Shown here: piece by piece, positions 54,219 through 61,195 of the stretch
How positions within the stretch are numbered: position 1 is the first letter of the stretch
Layout of the letters: every line of letters begins with the position of its first letter
Origin: Candidatus Fermentibacterota bacterium
GTDB taxonomy: Bacteria > Fermentibacterota > Fermentibacteria > Fermentibacterales > JCC-6
Length of the DNA: 64,000 nt
Assembly: GCA_963845085.1 (NCBI GenBank)
Contig: CAWJQI010000005.1
Span: 813,604 to 877,603 of the forward strand
Direction: 5' to 3'
Position numbers and translations under genes: made by a program
The notes under the pieces: generated by a model
What the model saw: the letters and a program-made list of their open reading frames with translations, nothing else
What the model was told of the DNA's origin: nothing
Database searches by the model: none

Positions 54219-54911
54219 ATGGTCACTGCCCTTGCGCTTGCCCTGACGGCCGGAACGGCCTGGATCTCGATGCCGGGCGACCAGGCACCGCTCCAGGTAG
54301 GCACTGTCGAAATTGCGCTCGAAGGAGGGGGTATACGGACGCTTCTGGAGTGGCCGATTGTGATCGGCGAAGCTTCCGATCCGGCCGTCGATGCGATCAA
54401 CGAGGCCCTTGCATGGGAGACGGTGACGGGAGAGCCCATTGAGGAAACGATGGCCATCTACTCGGAGATACAAAGAGGCCATACCGGGGCGGGTTATGTT
54501 GTCAACTGGAACAGGAACGGTATCCTTGACCTCACCATAAGGCTTGACTACCTGGGGGCGTACCCGTCAACAAACCACAGGTACTTCTGCTTCAACGCCG
54601 CGACCGGAGAACCCGTCATTTTCAGCGATCTGCTGCTCCCGGGAGGAGCGGAAGCCCTTGCTCAACGGCTCGATTCCATGCTTGCGGAGAACATCGCGGC
54701 ATGCATGATGCCGGACCGGGTTGATCCCGCGATCTATCAGGGGTACACCTTCGAAGTCGGAAACCTCGACAGTTTCAGCATAACGGGTGACGGGGTGTGG
54801 TTCCACTACGACTTCGGCTTCCCTCATGCCGCGCTTGCGGCGGAACCGGACGGGGAGCTCTTCCTTCCGTCTGCCGAGATCATCCCGTTCCTCGCTGAAC
54901 CTTACCGATAG
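54219..54911 (+). CDS. hypothetical protein (possibly DUF3298/RsiV-like)
   Basis: 230 aa. No strong motif; weak resemblance only. Confidence 0.4.
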   Translation: MVTALALALTAGTAWISMPGDQAPLQVGTVEIALEGGGIRTLLEWPIVIGEASDPAVDAINEALAWETVTGEPIEETMAIYSEIQRGHTGAGYVVNWNRNGILDLTIRLDYLGAYPSTNHRYFCFNAATGEPVIFSDLLLPGGAEALAQRLDSMLAENIAACMMPDRVDPAIYQGYTFEVGNLDSFSITGDGVWFHYDFGFPHAALAAEPDGELFLPSAEIIPFLAEPYR

Positions 54912-54940
54912 GGGACACTGTTCCGGGGGGCTTCACCCGA

Positions 54941-55201
54941 TCATTTGTCGGCCATGGCGATGATCATCACCATGCCTGCCATGAGAATGATTGCCGCTGC
55001 AATGCCCGCGACGATGCAACTGAGCCTGGATCTCTGCGGGTACTCCATCTTTTCGTTATCGCCTGAAGCCTGAGGGATCGGGAGTTCCTCGGCCTGCAGC
55101 ATCACCCCGCAGTTGGGGCACTCCTTTGAGGCGCTGACAAACACGATCTTCTCGCACGAAGGGCACTTGGCAAAACTCACGTCTCCATCACCTCTTTCCA
55201 T
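54941..55201 (-). CDS. zinc-ribbon protein with C-terminal TM helix
   Basis: ORF 54941..55237; the ATG at 55201 is the likely start. CPSCEK...CPNCG zinc ribbon, then hydrophobic IVAGIAAAIILMAGMVMIIAM. Overlaps the 3' end of the rSAM gene by ~25 nt. Confidence 0.5.
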   Translation of the reverse strand: MERGDGDVSFAKCPSCEKIVFVSASKECPNCGVMLQAEELPIPQASGDNEKMEYPQRSRLSCIVAGIAAAIILMAGMVMIIAMADK

Positions 55202-56220
55202 CCGGCGTTGTGAACCTCGGGACAACCTGCATCGCAATCATATCGCTTTTCGCATGCGCCGCAGAAAGCAGGCATTCCGAACGTTCCAAGGGCGAAGTTC
55301 CTCCAGCGGGGATGCGAGGAGGCCTTCCTCCATTCCGTATGGTGGGCGATGCGCACACGGGAGTGGTTGCATACCCTGAGATAGCCCGATGGATCAATGG
55401 CGAAAAAGGTCTTTACCGCACTGCAGCGATACCCCACATGCAGCTTCCTGAGATCGGAAAGCCCCTCTACGCAAACCGGGAACTCGGTGCCGGTTGCCCC
55501 CGGAACACCCGATGCCACAAGCACGTCATCCGCGATGCGGATCATCTCCGAGAGGTCCCTCATATCCAGGGAAAGCTCGCCGATGTGCTTAAGCCCGCGC
55601 CCCCCGGGCAGGAAACGGTTCAAAAGAACCTGGCCGGCCCCGGCAAGGATCGCAGCGCTCATCGTCTCATAGAGTTCGAAAAGGTTCTTTTTTGTGACCG
55701 TGATGTTGGCAGTGGTTTTGACCCCGGCCTTCTTCGCCCTGCCGAAAAGGCCCAGGATCATCTCTGCGCCGGGATGCCCAGTATGCCATTCGTAGGTTGA
55801 AAGACCGGGCAGGCTGAGGCTGAGGGAAACTCCGAGACCGGAAAGCTCCCTGAGTACGGCTGAGGTGACCGTCCTGCCGTTTGAGAGAAGTGTGACCGTG
55901 GGTTGAACGCTTCTTGCGGCAAGCACACCGTCCACCTCCTCAACCAGCTCCACCTGCCGGTTGCGGGCGTGGGCAACCAGTTCGAGGCAGTCTTTCCGCA
56001 GCAGCGACTCGCCCCCTGTGAAGCCGAAGGAACTCACCCCCAGACCGCAGAGGGTGTCGATGAGACCCTTCCACTCCTGTGTGTCCATTTCCGGAAGCCT
56101 GGGGAAGTCATCACCGTACTCCCATGGGCATGAGCAGTACCTGCAGACGTGGTTGCACATGTAGGTGAGCTCAAGCACCGCCATCGATGGCAGGAAGGAG
56201 GGCGCTGCGACCCGGTTCAT
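55177..56220 (-). CDS. radical SAM/SPASM-domain enzyme (anSME/QhpD-like, no N-terminal RRE)
   Basis: CNHVCRYCS radical-SAM motif at residues ~22-30. GGESLL motif. C-terminal CGACEKRYDCDAGC (CX2CX5CX3C SPASM). Its ATG overlaps the upstream paralog stop (ATGA). Confidence 0.8.
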   Translation of the reverse strand: MNRVAAPSFLPSMAVLELTYMCNHVCRYCSCPWEYGDDFPRLPEMDTQEWKGLIDTLCGLGVSSFGFTGGESLLRKDCLELVAHARNRQVELVEEVDGVLAARSVQPTVTLLSNGRTVTSAVLRELSGLGVSLSLSLPGLSTYEWHTGHPGAEMILGLFGRAKKAGVKTTANITVTKKNLFELYETMSAAILAGAGQVLLNRFLPGGRGLKHIGELSLDMRDLSEMIRIADDVLVASGVPGATGTEFPVCVEGLSDLRKLHVGYRCSAVKTFFAIDPSGYLRVCNHSRVRIAHHTEWRKASSHPRWRNFALGTFGMPAFCGACEKRYDCDAGCPEVHNAGWKEVMET

Positions 56221-56804
56221 TCGATTCCCAGGATCGCCTGCAGCCTGTCGCCGTGTTCCCTCAGCGGACGCCTGGCATCGTAATTGTCGGTGTAGGACAG
56301 TTCCCCCGCAATGAACCCCTTGAGGATCTGAAGGTCGTTAAGGGTGACAGAGGTTCTCACGGTGTCGCCCTCGGCGTACACCAGAACGAGCCTGACGCCA
56401 CGCGAAGATTCTTCGTCGGGAAAACAGCGGCTGCAGTAGGTTTCCTCGAGAGACAATTCAAAGAAACCGTTGCCGGCCATTTCCTCAGTCATTCTGCGCA
56501 TCGTGGGAAGAAAGTACTGCACATTTTCTGCATCGGCATAGCCGTAGATGGTTCTTTCGCCGCACACCGGACAGATGTAGTCAGCCCTGTCGGGAAGGGC
56601 AATCGGCTCATAGCACATCGCTCCCATCACAAACTCGGGCTCGGGCTCCCTCTCCAGACGGTTGAGCATTACCCTGAGCCTTTCCCTGCCGCTCTCGATC
56701 CACCTCACTATGTTGGCCGGGGTTTTCTGCGCCCTTGCATGTCCGACGCCGTATGCGATCCCGGCCGCGGACAGAATGATGAACAAAACGTGCATCCAGC
56801 TCAT
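56217..56804 (-). CDS. signal-anchored Cys-motif protein, paralog 1 of 4 (novel family)
   Basis: 195 aa. N-terminal hydrophobic helix. Invariant GAMCY, CPVCGERT, ETYCSxC, EGDTVRT, L..ILGIE shared with three upstream paralogs. Confidence 0.6.
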   Translation of the reverse strand: MSWMHVLFIILSAAGIAYGVGHARAQKTPANIVRWIESGRERLRVMLNRLEREPEPEFVMGAMCYEPIALPDRADYICPVCGERTIYGYADAENVQYFLPTMRRMTEEMAGNGFFELSLEETYCSRCFPDEESSRGVRLVLVYAEGDTVRTSVTLNDLQILKGFIAGELSYTDNYDARRPLREHGDRLQAILGIE

Positions 56805-56823
56805 GGGTTCTCCTGTTCAGGCA

Positions 56824-57408
56824 TCACTCCATGCCGAGAATTGTCCGGAGGCGTTCCACCCTGTCCTTCAGGGGAAGAAGTGCATCCCTGTCGCTCCGGA
56901 ACACAAGACCTCCGCGCAGCAAGCCCTGGATCATCATCAGATCCTGACTGTTTACGACGGTTCTGACCGTGTCCCCCTCTTCGTATACGATCACGAGCCG
57001 AACACAGCCCTGATCGCCGGGATGGCAGAAACTGCAGTAGGTTTCCTCGAGAAAAGCCTCGAAGAACCCTGTTTCCGACAGACCCTCAGCCATTCTGCGC
57101 ATGCTTTGCAGGTCATTCTGAAGGAACCCTGCTTCCGGAGAGCCGTACAGCGTTCTCTCCCCGCAGACCGGGCATACGTACTCGGCCCTTTCGGGATGGG
57201 CCATCGGCCCGTAGCACATTGCACCCGGCACATACTCGGGGGCTTCCTCGAGTTCCACCCGTTCAAGCAGCCGCCGGATGTCTTCCCTGCGGCTCTTCAC
57301 CAGGTTGAACGCGCTGTTGGCTTTCCTTTGACCGCCCGCACCCAGCCCGACGCCGCAAGCTATCCCGGCGGCGGACAGGATGATGAGCAGAACGTGCAAC
57401 CAGCTCAA
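56824..57408 (-). CDS. signal-anchored Cys-motif protein, paralog 2
   Basis: 194 aa. Same motifs (GAMCY, CPVCGERT, ETYCSFC, EGDTVRT). Confidence 0.6.
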   Translation of the reverse strand: MSWLHVLLIILSAAGIACGVGLGAGGQRKANSAFNLVKSRREDIRRLLERVELEEAPEYVPGAMCYGPMAHPERAEYVCPVCGERTLYGSPEAGFLQNDLQSMRRMAEGLSETGFFEAFLEETYCSFCHPGDQGCVRLVIVYEEGDTVRTVVNSQDLMMIQGLLRGGLVFRSDRDALLPLKDRVERLRTILGME

Positions 57409-57423
57409 GCAGCTCCTCCCGGT

Positions 57424-58008
57424 CTACTCGATCCCGAGTATTGCCCGGAGCCTTTCGGTGTTGCCCTTGAGGGGCGCGATTGATTCATTGTTGGTCTCGT
57501 AGCTGAGTTCACCGTTGAGCAACCCTGTGATCATCTGAAGATCGGTCATGCCAACTGCCGTTCTGACCGTGTCGCCCTCGGAGTAGACCAGCACGAGTCT
57601 GGTTTCACCTGTTGAATCGGCGGGGTTGCAGTTGCTGCAGTAGGTTTCCTCGATGGAAGCCTCGAAGAACCCGTTGCCGCTCCACTCCTCGACCATCCTT
57701 CTCATTGCGGGAAGCTCCCACTGAATGCGTGCCGCCTCGCTCTGGCCGTAAAAGGTTCTCTCTCCGCACACGGGGCAGATGTACTCGACACGGTCCGGCG
57801 GGGCGACCGTGCTGTAGCACATGGCGCCCATCACGTACTCGGCCGCGTTCTCGCGTTCCACACGCTCGAGGAGAAGCCTCAGCCGCTCCCTTCCGCCGTG
57901 CATCATCCTGACCATCTTCATGGGATTTGCCAGAAATCCGGCGTGCCCGACACCGAAGGCAATCCCCGCGGCAGACAGTGCCAAAAGGGCAACAGCAATC
58001 CAGTTCAT
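57424..58008 (-). CDS. signal-anchored Cys-motif protein, paralog 3
   Basis: 194 aa. Same motifs (GAMCY, CPVCGERT, ETYCSNC, EGDTVRT). Confidence 0.6.
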   Translation of the reverse strand: MNWIAVALLALSAAGIAFGVGHAGFLANPMKMVRMMHGGRERLRLLLERVERENAAEYVMGAMCYSTVAPPDRVEYICPVCGERTFYGQSEAARIQWELPAMRRMVEEWSGNGFFEASIEETYCSNCNPADSTGETRLVLVYSEGDTVRTAVGMTDLQMITGLLNGELSYETNNESIAPLKGNTERLRAILGIE

Positions 58009-58028
58009 GGTTCAGCCCCCCTCAGTAA

Positions 58029-58692
58029 TCACTCGACACCGAGAACAACACGAAGCCGTTGGATCCTGTCCTTCAGAGGCTGCAGCGAGTCATAACTGTC
58101 TGCGAAGCTCAGTTCGCCCTGCACGAAACCGACGAGCATCTGAAGGTCGGACAGGTTCACGGCGGTGCTGACGGTGTCGCCGTCAGAGTAGACCAGATCA
58201 AGGATGAAACCCGGTTCGGATGATCGAATCGGCGCCCGAGCAGGTGCTGCAGAACGCGGATTCGTCAAGGAACGCCTGAAAGTACGGCGTTCCGTTGATT
58301 TCAAGCATGGCCCTCCGCATGGAGTCAGCCTCACGGGTCAGGGTGTAGGCGGCCTGTCCGCCGTACCATGTCCTCCCGCCGCAGACCGGGCAGATGTATT
58401 CCGCCCTTTCCGGAACAGCAGCCGTGCGGTAGCACATCGCTCCCATGACCACGTCAGGGGTCTCTTCGCGTTCGACCCTCTCAAGGAGAAGCCGTATGCC
58501 CTCCCTGCCGCTCCTGACGAGGCGGTTCACCGACACCGGCCCCTTTCCCTGCAACGAAAACCCGCGCCCAACGCCAAAGGCTGTTCCGACGGCTACAGCT
58601 GCCAGCACAATAACAACCCAGTTCATGAAAACCTCCCCGTACCGCTGATACACCCGAAACACCCTGCGGATTCCGCTGCCGGCCCCGTGCAT
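58029..58692 (-). pseudogene. paralog 4, split by a 1-nt frameshift
   Basis: ORF 58198..58692 carries the N-terminal two-thirds (GAMCY, CPVCGGRT, CSTC) and stops after ...GADSIIRTGFHP. ORF 58029..58334 in another frame carries the C-terminal third (ILDLVYSDGDTVSTAVNLSDLQ...VVLGVE). The junction lies at a ccgggttt homopolymer run. Confidence 0.5.
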
Positions 58693-58730
58693 GTATTATT
58701 CACACACTTTGGCCGGGAGGGAACACCGCA

Positions 58731-59585
58731 ATGAGTACGGAGAAAAACGTTGAGATGCTGGTCAGACCCGCCACTTCCGCCGATCTGCCGGGTCTTGAGG
58801 AGATATCAAGGCTCACCTGGGACGGGTACGACTACCTTGACCAGGTCGCTGGCGACTGGATAAGCGAGGGAAATCTCTTCACCGGGATATCCGACGGCAG
58901 AGTCGTGGCCTGCGCCCGGTTCACAAGGGTGCCGGGGGACATCCTGTGGCTCGAGGGGTTGAGGGTTCACCCCGACTACAGGGGACGGGGGTACGGCAGG
59001 ACGATCAGCGAACACATCCTGGAGCAGTGCAGAAAGCTTGTGGAGTCTCGCGAGGCCAGGGGCATAGAGTTCTCGACCTACTCGCTCAACGCCGAGAGCC
59101 GGGGGCTTTCCGAGAAGCAGGGCTTCAGGGTCACGGAATGGTTCCACATCCTCTACCGCGAAGGGATGCCCGCCGCCCTCTGCGGCATCGAGCCCTACGA
59201 ACCGGTCATCGAGGATTTCTCGATTTACCCGGAAAGGGTCTCGGTGGGGTGGAAGTATGCCCGCTGGCATGAACCGGGTTTCCTCGACTGGTTCAGGAGC
59301 GTGGCGCGGGCCTGGCGCACCGAGACGGGCGCAACCTTCCTCACAAGCCTGAGGGACGACGAAGCCTCGCCGCTCGCCTCCGCCTTTTCAGACAAGGATG
59401 GATTCTTCAACGGTCTGCGTGCATTTGCATCGCTGCATGCAAGAACAAACCTGGAGCTCTTCCTGCACGATTCGATGAAGGACATGATTGCTGCGGCTAA
59501 AACCCACGGCTGGGGCTACTGGGAGAATCCTGACAGCTCGAATGTGCCGGTGTATTCATTCGGGGAATCACCAGACTCAGAATGA
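58731..59585 (+). CDS. GNAT-family N-acetyltransferase
   Basis: Acetyl-CoA-binding motif region VHPDYRGRGYGRTI. Divergent from the paralog operon. Confidence 0.7.
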   Translation: MSTEKNVEMLVRPATSADLPGLEEISRLTWDGYDYLDQVAGDWISEGNLFTGISDGRVVACARFTRVPGDILWLEGLRVHPDYRGRGYGRTISEHILEQCRKLVESREARGIEFSTYSLNAESRGLSEKQGFRVTEWFHILYREGMPAALCGIEPYEPVIEDFSIYPERVSVGWKYARWHEPGFLDWFRSVARAWRTETGATFLTSLRDDEASPLASAFSDKDGFFNGLRAFASLHARTNLELFLHDSMKDMIAAAKTHGWGYWENPDSSNVPVYSFGESPDSE

Positions 59586-60329
59586 TGCCCGGTGAATGAG
59601 CGACAGGCTTGTCTTGTTATAGTGTCCATCGATGCCTTCAGGTGGAATGACGACTCTGGATAACGTTCTTGAGCCGTCGAGGGATAGCCGGTCGGTGAGA
59701 TGAAGCCAATCTGATTTCTGCAGCGAGTTTTGCCGAACATTATGACCGCCAGGCCAAGAGCGCCTGCTCCAGGTTGTATCTGTTGTACTGCTCGGGCGAA
59801 TGGATGTTGTTGATCGGCACAAGCAACTATAACTTGATACAAAGCAAGATTATTCGGCTCCAGCTCCTTCTCCGCACCCGTTCCTAACAATTCGGTTCGT
59901 TCCTATTCCAGCTAATCTTTTCCTCCCGTCCCACTCAATCCGTTGAGTCTTCGGAAAACACCTTGTAGTATTCGTGCTTGATATGATCACTAATTACCGG
60001 GATTCTTTGTCCCATTCGGGTTCAAACACCAGTCGAACCACCCGTCCCTGATCTCCTAAGGCTACTTCTGTGCATTCCACCATGTACTATATTGCATAAT
60101 ATGGCACGTTTCAATTAGCCTCTGTGCAATTTTAACAAACACAGGTTATTAGTCTGTTACAGTACCGTAACAATTCCCGAATTGCATTTGGTGGTTCTGT
60201 CACATGTAAATGCATAGTCAATACTGCTTTGGATCAGTCTCTACGTTTGGAATATTTAGCTACTTGACGTTAGTGTAAGGTTGTTGTATTCAATTTATGT
60301 GATTTTTACTCTTGGATAGGAGGTTGAGT

Positions 60330-60800
60330 GTGAGAAATTTGCTGCTGCTTCTGGTTCTCGTCATGCTTTGCACTAGTGTGGCAACCGCGGACAACTCGGT
60401 AACATGTGCTGAGTATTCGCATGTTTATGGACGAATTCGACTTGACAATGCTAACTGGTACCACTACACAATTGAGGTATACAACGCTGGTGATTCAGAG
60501 CCTGAGTCCGAATTAACCACGGAAGGCAGCTTTACAGGATATGCAGTATACTTCGAGACACCCACATACACAATAGCTTATGGAAGAATGAATGATGTAG
60601 ATGTGGAGTGCACAGTCATTAATGCTGCAAGTCAGGTTGTGCTCCATGAGATCCAGTACAGCATATTCTCCTTACCTAATCCAGGAACTTACGTCGAGTT
60701 TCCTGGTACTAAAGACGGCAGCCCCGAGGGGGTTCAGATATGTGCAGAGCCCCTCTCCCTCGATGAATCTACTTGGGCCTCTATAAAAGCTACATTCTAA
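60330..60800 (+). CDS. secreted hypothetical protein (AT-rich, likely foreign)
   Basis: ORF 60312..60800. The GTG at 60330 with an AGGAGG RBS gives signal peptide MRNLLLLLVLVMLCTSVATA. Confidence 0.4.
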   Translation: MRNLLLLLVLVMLCTSVATADNSVTCAEYSHVYGRIRLDNANWYHYTIEVYNAGDSEPESELTTEGSFTGYAVYFETPTYTIAYGRMNDVDVECTVINAASQVVLHEIQYSIFSLPNPGTYVEFPGTKDGSPEGVQICAEPLSLDESTWASIKATF

Positions 60801-60877
60801 CTATCCGGTTTATGGCCGGTATCTGTGTCATGCAGATACCGGCTTTTCTCTTGGACTTCAGAAAGCAAAGTGCTTTA

Positions 60878-61138
60878 TCAATTCAATTGTGTCCTCCAGT
60901 TTAGATCGAATGTGAGCACCAACAGATTGTTACCACTCTTCTGAGCCTTCAACCGCAAGAAATTGTTATAAATTGCCACACCATCAATATTTCTGAACAG
61001 ATATTTAAGCGAAAATTCTACGATACCAATGCGGTGCTTTTTCCTCATTAAGCCTATACCCATAAACTGATATGGATACTTCAATTGTTGGTATAATTGG
61101 GTATTGATGTTGTTCACAAAGTAGAGGTTTCTTCCCAA
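60878..61138 (-). pseudogene. possible DDE-transposase C-terminal fragment
   Basis: ...KHRIGIVEFSLKYLFRN... faintly resembles the ...RW.IE.FFK.LK... C-terminal motif of IS4/IS5-type transposases. Very weak. Confidence 0.2.
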
Positions 61139-61195
61139 TGCAAAAACATCTCTGTGCTTTTCCTGACGGTTGCGCTTCCCCTGTTTCCCCCGTAA

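Larger units (their letters stand above)
59590..61195. mobile_element. AT-rich ~1.6 kb insertion-like segment (possible mobile element remnant)
   Basis: GC content drops sharply relative to the flanks. Contains one secreted-protein ORF and a minus-strand fragment faintly transposase-like. Ends exactly where a GC-rich ORF without a start codon begins. Confidence 0.3.
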
